From positions 63,164-127,163 of the forward strand of contig CAVPOM010000011.1 of assembly GCA_963707025.1 (NCBI GenBank): a DNA stretch of 64,000 nucleotides, written 5' to 3'. Positions 9,168-18,134 of the stretch are shown here, in pieces (within the stretch, counting starts at the first letter, position 1; each line of letters begins with the position of its first letter). Origin of the DNA: an uncultured Verrucomicrobiae bacterium (GTDB lineage: Bacteria; Verrucomicrobiota; Verrucomicrobiia; Limisphaerales; Palsa-1400). The notes under the pieces were generated by a model that worked only from the letters and a program-made list of their open reading frames with translations, searched no databases and had not been told where the DNA came from. The position numbers were made by a program, and so were the translations under genes.

Positions 9168-11702
9168 TCACGGTTTCCAGACGGCGGGGTTGGGGCCGCA
9201 AAAGCGCCAGTCGGGCTGCCAGTCGCGGGCGAGCTTCTCGTTGGTCACGATGGCGCGGATCATGACGATGGGCATGTTGTTGGCCATGACCACGGCGTCG
9301 TGAAAGGCGCGGTTGGACATTTTGCGGGAGTCCACCAGTTCGCGATGCAGGTCCAGCAGTTGCAAGGCGCCGAGCAAATAGCCGGCCTGGTAAAGCGGGC
9401 CGTAGCTGCCGTCGAAGGAACGGCGGACTTCGGCGGTGGCATTGTCGCGCTCGTGGCCCATGCTGTCAACAAGATAATCAATGCACTGCCGCGGGGTCCA
9501 CTGGCCGAGGTGGAATTTGAGGGAGAAAACAATGCGGGCGCAGCGGTGCATGCGCCAGAACAGGGCGCCGAGGCGCTCCGGCGGGGTGGTGTGATAGCCG
9601 CGCTGGTAGAGATAAAGCTCCCAGTAGCAGGCCCAGCCTTCGACATAGAAAGGGGTGCTGAAAATGCGGCGCTCGGTGTGATAGCGGGAACTCATGAAGT
9701 TCTGCAATTCGTGGCCGGGAATCAGCTCGTGAAAGGCGGTGGCGTGGGCGAAGGGGATGTTGTTGCCGCGCATGCTGGCCAGTTTCTGCTCGTGGGTCAT
9801 GGTGTCGGTGGGATAGGAAACGGAAATGACCGGGCCGCCGGTGAAGAAGGGGTTGACCAACTGGCGCTGGGGGGTCATCATTTCCATGCCCCAGGTTTCG
9901 CGGGCGATGACCGGGATGGTGATGAGATTGTTCTTCTCCAAATAGTTGACAGCATCCCAGGCCAGGTCGCGGATGAGATAGGGTTGCTGGCCCGCCTCCT
10001 CATGCATGGTTTTGACCTTCTCCACCGCTTTGTGCCAGTCATCGCCGCAGCCCATCTGGCGGGAGGCCTTTTTCATTTCCGATTCGCACCAGGCGAATTC
10101 GCGGCCGGCAAGGGCGATCAATTCCTCCGGCGTGTAGGGGATCATTTCGTCGTGCAACTCCGCCAGCAAGCCGTCCCGGCCGATGGGGCGGCCCACGATG
10201 TCGCTGCCGTCGCGCTGGGCGCCGCTGGTGGAATTGTCGCGGAGGAAGGCGCCGTACTCCTGGAGAGATTGGTCAATCGCCTGGCAGGCGGCGGTGAGGG
10301 CCTCGGGCCACGGCGCACCGGCGGTGACACGGTCATGCCAGTCGCTGAGTTGGGCGCGCAGACCGCCGAGCGTGGCGGCGGCGCGTCCGGCGCGATTGGA
10401 GACGGCCCGGTTTTCGAGCGCGGAGACGGCGTTGCTGCGGCCGGCTTCGATGGAGGTTTTCAACAAGGCCAGGGTGTTGGAGGCCCTGGTCGCGTCGTAT
10501 TGTTCCGGCGCGGCGGGCGCTTCGCCCAGTTGCGCAATAAGTTGCTCGAACGGAAAAAGCCGGCTGTTGTCCACCGGGGCGGGGGCGGCGTTGGTGGGCA
10601 GATCCAGGGACATCAATTGATATTCGATGCGGTTGCGGAGCAGGATGTAGTCAACCTGGTCATCGTGGCTGAATTTGTCGAAATCCAGATGGGGCAGCGC
10701 GGCGAGCCATTGTTGGAGGGTTTCCCGGCTCATCCCGCGCCCGCCGCCGCGGCGTCCGCCGCCACCGCCGCCGCCGCCGCCCCCGAAGCCGCCCCGCCGG
10801 CCCCGTCCGCTGCTGTTGTTAAACCGCTCGATCACGCCGCGCATCTGGCTTTGGGGGAGGGAAATTAACCCGGCCAGGTCAGGCACTTCAGGACCTTTGC
10901 CGGCCAGTGTGACGGGCGGCAGGGAGGGTTGGGGCAAGGGGGCGGGCGGAGCGGCCGGGGCGGCGGCATCGGCGGGCGGAAGATTGCCCAGAAAAGAGGC
11001 GTAGTCGCCCAGCGCCTTGTCGGCTTCCTTGTAAGGCGCGGCCATCCACCAGGTGAACAGAGGATCGTAGTCATTATAGAAGGCGTTCCAGTTTTTGAGG
11101 ACGTTGCGGAGCGCCGTGACTTCGGTGGCGGCATGGGCGGCCTGGCTGGCGTCGAAGGCCACGGCCCCGGCGGCGGAGGCGGCCAGGCCGGCCTTGACCG
11201 CTTTCTGAGTTTCGGCGACGGCGCGCGCCAGGGCGTCCACCATGCCGGCGGCTTTTTCGGCGTTCATCTTTTCCACGCGGCGGCGGCCGGCTTCGAGGTC
11301 AATTATAATGTGGGCGAAAGGGACGAAGGGGGCGGCCTGGGCCTGGGTCTTGAGCAGATCGTCCAGCTTGGCGGAGTCCTCCCGCACGGTCTGGATCAGT
11401 TTGGCGTGCTCGGCGCGGGCCTCGGCAGAGAGGCGGTTGGTGTCGAGTTTTTGCAGGGCGGCGAGCCAGTCGGCATCAAAAAGTTTCAAGCGGGCGGTGC
11501 GCTCGGGGGCGAGGGGGACGCTGTAGAAGCGGGTGATGTTGGCCCGGTCGGCGTCATAGCGCTGGGCGGCGGCGCGCATTTCATTTTGCGGGGCGGTGAG
11601 ATATTGGCGGAGGTCCAGGGGCGCGTTGGTGGACTGGGCGCACAGGGCGGCGGCGGCCAGGACCCCCAGGCCGGCGAGAAATGTTCTTGGCGTGATCATC
11701 AC
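9168..11702 (-). CDS. DUF885-family secreted protein with duplicated N-terminal helical region and Gly-rich insert
   Basis: Signal peptide. DUF885 core 'HELIPGHELQ', 'FYVEGWACYWE', 'FWRMHRCARI', 'AEVRRS', 'YQAGYLLGAL'. Confidence 0.85.
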   Translation of the reverse strand: MMITPRTFLAGLGVLAAAALCAQSTNAPLDLRQYLTAPQNEMRAAAQRYDADRANITRFYSVPLAPERTARLKLFDADWLAALQKLDTNRLSAEARAEHAKLIQTVREDSAKLDDLLKTQAQAAPFVPFAHIIIDLEAGRRRVEKMNAEKAAGMVDALARAVAETQKAVKAGLAASAAGAVAFDASQAAHAATEVTALRNVLKNWNAFYNDYDPLFTWWMAAPYKEADKALGDYASFLGNLPPADAAAPAAPPAPLPQPSLPPVTLAGKGPEVPDLAGLISLPQSQMRGVIERFNNSSGRGRRGGFGGGGGGGGGGRRGGGRGMSRETLQQWLAALPHLDFDKFSHDDQVDYILLRNRIEYQLMSLDLPTNAAPAPVDNSRLFPFEQLIAQLGEAPAAPEQYDATRASNTLALLKTSIEAGRSNAVSALENRAVSNRAGRAAATLGGLRAQLSDWHDRVTAGAPWPEALTAACQAIDQSLQEYGAFLRDNSTSGAQRDGSDIVGRPIGRDGLLAELHDEMIPYTPEELIALAGREFAWCESEMKKASRQMGCGDDWHKAVEKVKTMHEEAGQQPYLIRDLAWDAVNYLEKNNLITIPVIARETWGMEMMTPQRQLVNPFFTGGPVISVSYPTDTMTHEQKLASMRGNNIPFAHATAFHELIPGHELQNFMSSRYHTERRIFSTPFYVEGWACYWELYLYQRGYHTTPPERLGALFWRMHRCARIVFSLKFHLGQWTPRQCIDYLVDSMGHERDNATAEVRRSFDGSYGPLYQAGYLLGALQLLDLHRELVDSRKMSNRAFHDAVVMANNMPIVMIRAIVTNEKLARDWQPDWRFCGPNPAVWKP

Positions 11703-12121
11703 AGGATTGTCAGCAAAGGTTGCCCGATGGCAAAAGCTGCTTGAGGGCGAGGTTAAAGGAACCTACCGGGCCAAGCCAAGGATAAATGAAAAAGGCGGCG
11801 GAGTGGTGGAGTGGTGGAGGGGCAGGAAATGCAGAATGCAAAATGCAGAATGGGAGGAATCCGCCAATTTCCGCGAAGTTGAGGATAAAGGTTGTTGGAT
11901 GCATGGGGGTCCCCAGGGGGCCGGGAAGTGGAATTAGGTGAAACCAGTTGAAACTAGCTGAAACCAGGTGAGATTAAGTGAAAATCGGGGGTTGGGTTTG
12001 AACCGCGAAATACGCAAACCTGAATGGATCGCTTAGGTATTGGTGAGCTGGACCCCTATTTTTAGACCACAGGTAAGTTTCGATTTTTGCCGGTTTGCTG
12101 TAGATAAGAAAGAGCAGACTT

Positions 12122-12412
12122 ATGAAAGCAAAACGGAAAAGACACAGTGCGGCCTTCAAGGCCAAAGTGGGATTCGAAGCCCTGGTGGGGCTGAAGACGG
12201 TCGCGCAATTGGCGCGAGAGTATGCGGTGCATCCGGCGCAGGTCACGCAGTGGCGGGCGACGATTCGGGATCACATGCCCGAATTGTTTGAGCCCGGGCA
12301 ACCCCGCACGGAGGATCAGGAACAGTTGATTGCCCAACTGCATGAGAAGATTGGCCAACTGACGGTGGACTTGGACTGGCTTAAAAAAAAGTCCAGGCAA
12401 CTGGGGCTTTAA
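12122..12412 (+). CDS. IS3 transposase OrfA (HTH)
   Basis: 'RKRHSAAFKAKV...LAREYAVHPAQVTQWR...KIGQLTVDLDWLKKK'. Ends in an A-AAA-AAG slippery site. Confidence 0.93.
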   Translation: MKAKRKRHSAAFKAKVGFEALVGLKTVAQLAREYAVHPAQVTQWRATIRDHMPELFEPGQPRTEDQEQLIAQLHEKIGQLTVDLDWLKKKSRQLGL

Positions 12413-13299
12413 CATGTTTAATCGCTCCCGATCCGCAGCTCAGCGTGCGGCGCCAGTGCGAGCTGCTGGCGGTGTGCCGTGGCAGTTATTATTACCAGTG
12501 CTGTCCGGAGACAGAGGAGAACCTGGCGCTGATGCGGCGGTTGGACCAGATGCATTTGGACCACCCGGTTTATGGCAGCCGCAAACTGACCGTGCTGTTG
12601 CGCCGGGAGGGTTTGACCATCAATCGCAAACGGGTGGTGCGGCTGCTGCGGTTGATGGGGATCGAGGCGATTTACGCCAAGCCCAAGACGAGTCTGCGGG
12701 AGATGGGGCACCAGATTTATCCGTATCTGTTACGCAATTTGGCAGTGACGGGACCGGATCAGGTTTGGTGTTCGGACATTACGTATGTGCCTATGGCAAC
12801 TGGGTTTATGTATTTGGTGGCGGTGATGGATTGGTGGAGTCGTTACGTGCTGGGATGGCGCTTGAGCAACACGTTGGAGGCGGACTTTTGTGTGGACGCT
12901 TGGGAGGCGGCGTTGCGGGCGGGGCGTCAGGCGCCGTTGATTTCCAATACCGACCAGGGATCGCAGTTCACCTCCCCGATGTTTATCGATGCGGTGGAAT
13001 CGGCGGGGGTGGACGTGAGCATGGACGGACGGGGTCGCTGGATGGACAACCGGTTTATCGAGCGGCTGTGGCGGAGCGCCAAGTATGAGGACATTTATTT
13101 GCAAGACTATGGCGACGGGTTGGCGGCAGGGCGCGGACTGGGCCGGTGGTTTGACGGCTACAACCGGGAACGACCGCACCAGGCGTTGGGCTATGCGACG
13201 CCGGCGGACGCGTATTTTGATCCCGGCACGCATGGAGCCCAACCGGCCAAATGGGAAGCGATGCAACCTGCCAGAGGCAGGAGCGATCGCAGCACTTGA
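12385..13299 (+). CDS. IS3 transposase OrfB (rve/DDE), fused to OrfA by -1 frameshift
   Basis: The -1 frame is open from the A8G run at 12383-91 (KKVQATGALTCLIAPDPQLSVRRQC...). DDE motifs 'WCSDITY', 'NTDQGSQF', 'DNRFIERLWRSAKYE'. Confidence 0.93.
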   Translation, partial: KKVQATGALTCLIAPDPQLSVRRQCELLAVCRGSYYYQCCPETEENLALMRRLDQMHLDHPVYGSRKLTVLLRREGLTINRKRVVRLLRLMGIEAIYAKPKTSLREMGHQIYPYLLRNLAVTGPDQVWCSDITYVPMATGFMYLVAVMDWWSRYVLGWRLSNTLEADFCVDAWEAALRAGRQAPLISNTDQGSQFTSPMFIDAVESAGVDVSMDGRGRWMDNRFIERLWRSAKYEDIYLQDYGDGLAAGRGLGRWFDGYNRERPHQALGYATPADAYFDPGTHGAQPAKWEAMQPARGRSDRST

Positions 13300-14320
13300 C
13301 AGAGAGGCAGGCGGCAGGAAAAGGCTTGAAATCAGACCGCCTGCGGCGGTAGAGTTGAGAACCCTAAGAAAACGGAGAGGGAGGACGGGCAGTGCTCCGC
13401 ATCGCTCGTTCTCTCTTTTCGAAAGGGTTTTGAAACACGGAATGAACAGTAGTCAACTACAATTAGTAATGACAGCAATCGGCAAAAGTCGCGCTTATTT
13501 CATGCGCTCCGTGGTCTAAAGGATGGGGTCCACCTCATTGGAGTGAATAAGTGACGGTCGCCGAGTTTCAAAAAATCACCTTGATTTAGCTTGATTGGGC
13601 TTGAAGGACCCTGATCGTGAAATCTCGTTTTTACGTGTAAGATGCACATGGAAAGGCACTTGAGTTGATTTGCCGCAAAAAGGCGCCAATCGCGCCAAGA
13701 TGCCATGGTTGGGGTGCGGGAATCGTATAGTTCACGGATTTGGTCAGGTATGGCATCGTTCTGGGTTGATGGAGTAATGGAGTCCTGCGCTGGCTGTGGC
13801 GCGTCGGTCAAAGTTAAAAAATGGTTTGACCGGGCATGACCGAGTATGACCGGGCACAATTGGGAAAGCGCCGTGAGGTGCGTAAACGGTTCATGGACAG
13901 GCATTTGGATTGATTTGCCGCCAGAAGCCACAAAAGGCGCACAGCAAGCCGTTGTTTGGGTGGTGGGAACATGGAAAAGGATACGATTAGTCAGCCGCCG
14001 CCAGTTGGAAGCAGGGTTGCAACCAAACCAACGAAGAAAGAACTTCGCTGGCTGCTGTGGAATTCGCAACCTGGGGAATCCCGTCCTGGTCCCGCCGCCG
14101 TCCGATGCCACTGTTGCCTTGCCCCTTCTCACTATGCAATTTTAGCATGTAAAGTCGTGCCGTCAACGGAAAAATGCGGATTTTGGCAAGGACTTGATCA
14201 TAAGCTGCTTGCGCCGTTTGATCACGGATGGTGAAAAGGCGGGAGGCGCAGCGCGGAAAGCCGCAACCAAAAAGAAGGTGGAGGCTGTCTCAAGTTCCGG
14301 GCTGGCGTGCGGCGCAGATG

Positions 14321-15253
14321 TCAGCGCGCTCCAGCATCCGGTTGAGCGACATCGAACTTCAACACGACGTTGGTGTCACCCGCCTTGACTGGCAGCCATG
14401 TGCCTGACCTGAGAATGGCGATCTTGTGGCTGCCCGGAGGGTGTTCAAAGCTGGCGTTGACGAAGAGCGAGCCGTCGCAGACATCGAAGGCGAAATGTCC
14501 CGTCGCATCCGATTGGGTGCTGGCGCTGAGTTCCCCGCAAATCCCCACCCAGGCCGCGGGAACCGGTTTGCCGTCAGAACCGAACACGTGGCCGGCGATT
14601 TTGCGGTTCAGCAATTTGAGGACAACGTCCGGGAAAACGAATTGGTTGGTTTGAGAATCCCTGGCTTGCAGCGAGACCGTGACCGGGGCGAATCCTGCGG
14701 CGCCGCAGCCGCATTGGTAATCGAATCCCTGTGGCAGAGCTGAAATGGAGAAGGCTCCTTGCCCATCCACCTTGACCGGTTGCGGGCCCAAATTGGAGTA
14801 GGAATGAGCCACCACGAAACAGAGATTCACTGAGGCCGTGCTGACCGGCGATCCCTTCGTATCCTTGAGCAATCCTGACAAGGTGATTCCGGGTTGCAGG
14901 TTTAAGTCCATTTTCGCCGGCGTGCCGGTGAATTCTCCGATGGCGGCAAGGTTCCGTTTGAGATCGCGAGCCAGGATGGCATTGGTCGGGTTGATGGGGC
15001 CGTCCCAAGGAACCGCATTGTCGTCTGGAGGGGTCTTCACGATCAAGTCATATCTCCCGTTTTTATGCGTCCTGGCTTCGGCGTAGGCGGGCGCTGCCGG
15101 GTATTGTCCTGGATGGAATGTCACCTCCACGCCTGGGGCCGGCGCGCCGGAAGGATCGCGCACCGTGCCGGAAATCGTCACGGACCGGTCTGAATCAGCC
15201 GGGACCAGTCCGTGGCAGGCCGAGCCGAAAACCAGAGCCGCCCCCAAAATCAA
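14321..15253 (-). CDS. Secreted protein with carboxypeptidase-regulatory-like (beta-sandwich) repeats
   Basis: Three 'I/LxGxVxDxxGxPV' repeats (ISGTVRDPSGAP, LSGLLKDTKGSP, IAGHVFGSDGKP). Hydrophobic N-terminus. Start codon uncertain. Confidence 0.7.
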   Translation of the reverse strand: MILGAALVFGSACHGLVPADSDRSVTISGTVRDPSGAPAPGVEVTFHPGQYPAAPAYAEARTHKNGRYDLIVKTPPDDNAVPWDGPINPTNAILARDLKRNLAAIGEFTGTPAKMDLNLQPGITLSGLLKDTKGSPVSTASVNLCFVVAHSYSNLGPQPVKVDGQGAFSISALPQGFDYQCGCGAAGFAPVTVSLQARDSQTNQFVFPDVVLKLLNRKIAGHVFGSDGKPVPAAWVGICGELSASTQSDATGHFAFDVCDGSLFVNASFEHPPGSHKIAILRSGTWLPVKAGDTNVVLKFDVAQPDAGAR

Positions 15254-15506
15254 ACCGCATTTCTGAAATCTTTTCGCAAGGCCTCCGAGGTTGAAAATTC
15301 AGTTCGCAGGATGTTCACTCATTATGACACCGAACGCTACCATTCATTTGACGGAAAAGAAGAATTTTCGCCCGCGCCCTTCCAAGCGCCTCCCAAAAAG
15401 TTGCGGCAGCGGCGGGAAGCACCTCTGCCCGACCAGTCCAAGGCAGGAGCATTGCATTGCCAAGGCAAGGGGTGTAAAGAAAACAGGTAATGGGTCAGTC
15501 ATGGAG

Positions 15507-15582
15507 GGTAGGGCGAGATTCCGTCGAGCCGAAATTCGATTTCTCGGGAAGAAGTCACGGCTCGACGGAGTCTCGCCCCACC
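15507..15582. repeat. GTAG-type REP palindrome pair
   Basis: GGTAGGGCGAGATTCCGTCGAGCCG ... CGGCTCGACGGAGTCTCGCCCCACC, an imperfect 25-bp inverted repeat. Confidence 0.8.
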
Positions 15583-15635
15583 GTCCCAGACGCCTTACGA
15601 AAACAGGAAACCGGCCGGAGCCGGAATTGACAGAT

Positions 15636-16523
15636 ATGACTATGCCGTTGACCGGGGTATTGGCGAAATGGACGCGCCGGGAAATGATCGGACGCACCAC
15701 ACAGTTGGCGGCAACGCTGGCCTTCGGTTCCGCCCTGGCCCCCTTGCTGGCCGCGCCGGGCGGACGCGGCTTCAAAATCGGCGCACCCGAATGGTCTTTG
15801 CGGAAGACCGACCCTTCCTGCTTCGAGGTGGCGCGCGACATTGGCCTGGACGGGGTGCAGGTCAACCTCGGCAGCGCGGGCGACCAGATGCACCTGCGCC
15901 AGCCCGCCGTGCAGCAGGCTTATTTGGCCGCCGCCCGCCAGAACGGATTGGAGATCGCCTCGCTGGCCCTGGCGGAATTGAACAATATCCCGCTCAAGAG
16001 CGATCCGCGCGCGGCCATTTGGCTGCTGGATTCCCTGGCGGTGGCGCAGGCGCTGGGCGTCAAGGTGATCCTGGTCGCGCAGTTTTTCCACGGCGAACTC
16101 AAGGGTGACAAAGAGGGGACGGATCGCACGGTGGGATTGCTCAAGGAACTGGCGCCTCGCGCCGAGAAAGCGGGCGCGATTCTTGGCCTGGAGAACTATC
16201 TCAGCGCGCCGGAGAATCTGGATATCATCCAGCGCGCCGGCTCGCCGGCGGTGCAGGTTTATTATGACGTGGGCAATTCCACCGACAAGGGCTACGACAT
16301 ATACCAGGAGATCCGCCTGCTCAAGGACCGCGTCTGCGAATTCCACGCCAAGGATGGAAACTTCATGCTCGGCCAGGGACGGATTGACTTTCACAAAGTC
16401 CGGCAGGCGATGGATGAGATCAATTACCGGGGCTGGATTCAGATTGAGGCCGCCGCGCCGCACGCGCTGGTGGAGGATTACCGCGCGGACTTGAAATTCC
16501 TCAAGGGCATATTCCCTGCTTGA
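15636..16523 (+). CDS. Tat-exported sugar phosphate isomerase/epimerase (xylose isomerase-like TIM barrel)
   Basis: 'TRREMI' Tat motif, 'GLDGVQV', 'LGLENY', 'VYYDVGNS', 'EFHAKD', 'GWIQIE'. Confidence 0.88.
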   Translation: MTMPLTGVLAKWTRREMIGRTTQLAATLAFGSALAPLLAAPGGRGFKIGAPEWSLRKTDPSCFEVARDIGLDGVQVNLGSAGDQMHLRQPAVQQAYLAAARQNGLEIASLALAELNNIPLKSDPRAAIWLLDSLAVAQALGVKVILVAQFFHGELKGDKEGTDRTVGLLKELAPRAEKAGAILGLENYLSAPENLDIIQRAGSPAVQVYYDVGNSTDKGYDIYQEIRLLKDRVCEFHAKDGNFMLGQGRIDFHKVRQAMDEINYRGWIQIEAAAPHALVEDYRADLKFLKGIFPA

Positions 16524-16602
16524 ACCGGGGTGAAAGCGGTCTATGCTCTGCTTGAATCAGCCCGGAGAAATTGAACTGGTGATACCGCAACCTGGCAAAT
16601 CT

Positions 16603-17844
16603 ATGATCCACGAAACATCGAAACCGTTCCAAGCCTCCCCTTTCACGCGCCGGCAGTTCCTGGCCACGGCCGGGGCTTCGGCCTTGTCTCTCGCGGTCGC
16701 GCCCGCGGGTTTGGCCCAGGGCGCCGGGAGCGATTCCCGCATCAACATTGGCCTGATTGGCTGCGGCGGCCGCGGTGTGTGGATCGCCGATCTTTTCCTG
16801 AAAAACGGCCATTACAACCTGGCGGCGGTGGCGGACTATTTCCCGGACAAGGCGGAGGCGGCGGGAGAAAAGTACCAGGTGGACAAGGCGCGCCGCTTCA
16901 CCGGGCTTGCCGCTTACAAGCGCCTGCTCGAACAGAAGTTGGACGCGGTGGTGATTGAGTCGCCGCCTTACTTCCACCCGGAGCAGGCGGCGGCGGCCAT
17001 CGAGGCGGGCAAGCAGGTCTATTGCGCCAAGCCCATCGCGGTGGACGCGCCCGGCTGCCAGACGATGGCGGAGAGCGGGCGCAAAGCGACGGAGAAGAAA
17101 CTGGTTTTCCTGGTGGACTTTCAGACCCGCGCCCACCCGTTCTATCAGGAGGCGGTGCGGGTGGTGCGGGCGGGCCGGATTGGCCGGATTGTCTCCGGCG
17201 AGGCCGCCTACCAAACCGGCGATGTCTGGAGCCGCATGGACGCGGTGATCCGGAACAATCCGAACAACGACGAGGCCCGGCTGCGCGCCTGGGGCGCGGA
17301 CCGCACCCTGTCCGGCGACATCATCACCGAGCAGAACATCCACGCCCTGGACGTGGCGTCGTGGATAATGGATGCCGCGCCCCTGCGCGCCTGGGGCGCC
17401 GGAGGACGGACCCGCGCGCCGGTGCCGAACGGGGTATGGGACAATTTTTCGGTGGTCTTTGACTATCCCAACGACGTGCGGCTGACCTTCAGTTCCAAAC
17501 AGGCCGGCAAGGGCTGGGAGGACATCCAATGCCGCGTCTATGGCATGGAAGGCGTGATTGACACGCATTATTTCGGCGTGGTCAAGGTGGTGTGCGACGA
17601 GCCTTACAACGGCGGCACCCTGGCCAATCTTTACACCGATGGTGTTGTCAATAATATCGCCACTTTCCACAAGGCCATCACCACGGGTGATTTTTCCAAT
17701 GGAACCGTCGCGCCCAGCGTGCGCAGCAACCTGACCACCATCCTCGGCCGCACCGCCGCCTACCGGCGCGCCGAGGTGACCTGGGACGAAATGATCAAGA
17801 CGAACGAGAAATGGGAGGCCGGCTTCAAAGGGCTGAAAGGCTAG
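16603..17844 (+). CDS. Tat-exported Gfo/Idh/MocA oxidoreductase
   Basis: 'TRRQFL' Tat motif, 'IGLIGCGGRG', 'ESPPYFHPE', 'YCAKPIAVD', 'EQNIHALD'. Confidence 0.92.
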   Translation: MIHETSKPFQASPFTRRQFLATAGASALSLAVAPAGLAQGAGSDSRINIGLIGCGGRGVWIADLFLKNGHYNLAAVADYFPDKAEAAGEKYQVDKARRFTGLAAYKRLLEQKLDAVVIESPPYFHPEQAAAAIEAGKQVYCAKPIAVDAPGCQTMAESGRKATEKKLVFLVDFQTRAHPFYQEAVRVVRAGRIGRIVSGEAAYQTGDVWSRMDAVIRNNPNNDEARLRAWGADRTLSGDIITEQNIHALDVASWIMDAAPLRAWGAGGRTRAPVPNGVWDNFSVVFDYPNDVRLTFSSKQAGKGWEDIQCRVYGMEGVIDTHYFGVVKVVCDEPYNGGTLANLYTDGVVNNIATFHKAITTGDFSNGTVAPSVRSNLTTILGRTAAYRRAEVTWDEMIKTNEKWEAGFKGLKG

Positions 17845-18128
17845 AGCAGTTTAATTAAAACTGCAGCCGTACGCGGCAAACCAGTTCATCGCCTCCTGAC
17901 AAGGCGTTCCGGCTCCAGTCTCATTGGAAACGCTTGAATCTTTTTTCTCGACAGATTCGAGTCCCTCGCTAAAATGAGACTACCACGCATTGAGTATTCA
18001 GCAATGCGTGGTAGTCTCATTTTCAAAGTGATTAGAGCAGTTTAAGGACTATTTTAATTACAGCAGGCAAACCAGTTCATCGCATCCCGGTCAGGTGCCC
18101 TGGCTACAGTTTTATTGAAAATGCTCTA
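17842..18128. repeat. Composite MITE/REP-like element: two degenerate ~95-bp units flanking a perfect 22-bp palindrome
   Basis: TAGAGCAGTTTAA at 17842 and 18033. GGCAAACCAGTTCATCGC at 17875 and 18066. Inverted repeat AAAATGAGACTACCACGCATTG at 17971-92 / 18002-23. Terminal ...AAATGCTCTA. Confidence 0.8.
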
Positions 18129-18134
18129 AACGGG

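Larger units (their letters stand above)
12044..13537 (+). mobile_element. IS3-family insertion sequence, intact copy 1 (1494 bp)
   Basis: TG...CA ends. IRL TGAGCTGGACCCCTATTTTTAGACCAC, IRR (reverse complement) TGAGGTGGACCCCATCCTTTAGACCAC. 4-bp target duplication TTGG at 12040-43 and 13538-41. orfA/orfB layout. Confidence 0.95.

Noticed and set aside
10735..10810. (CCG)n-like tract
   Set aside because: It encodes the Gly/Arg linker of the DUF885 protein and is not an independent element.
13500..14132. 210-aa minus-strand ORF
   Set aside because: No recognisable domain, it runs through phased repeats and ends inside the IS3 IR. Not called as a gene.
15254..15322. Upstream in-frame ATG and TGA (MSEHPAN*IFNLGG...) on the minus strand, a possible second read-through
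   Set aside because: The TGA would fall in a signal-peptide region with no Cys partner or clear hairpin. Chance or a sequence error is more likely.
17842..18128. Direct repeats with spacers as a mini-CRISPR
   Set aside because: Only two degenerate units, spacer lengths unlike CRISPR and no cas genes. A MITE/REP composite fits better.
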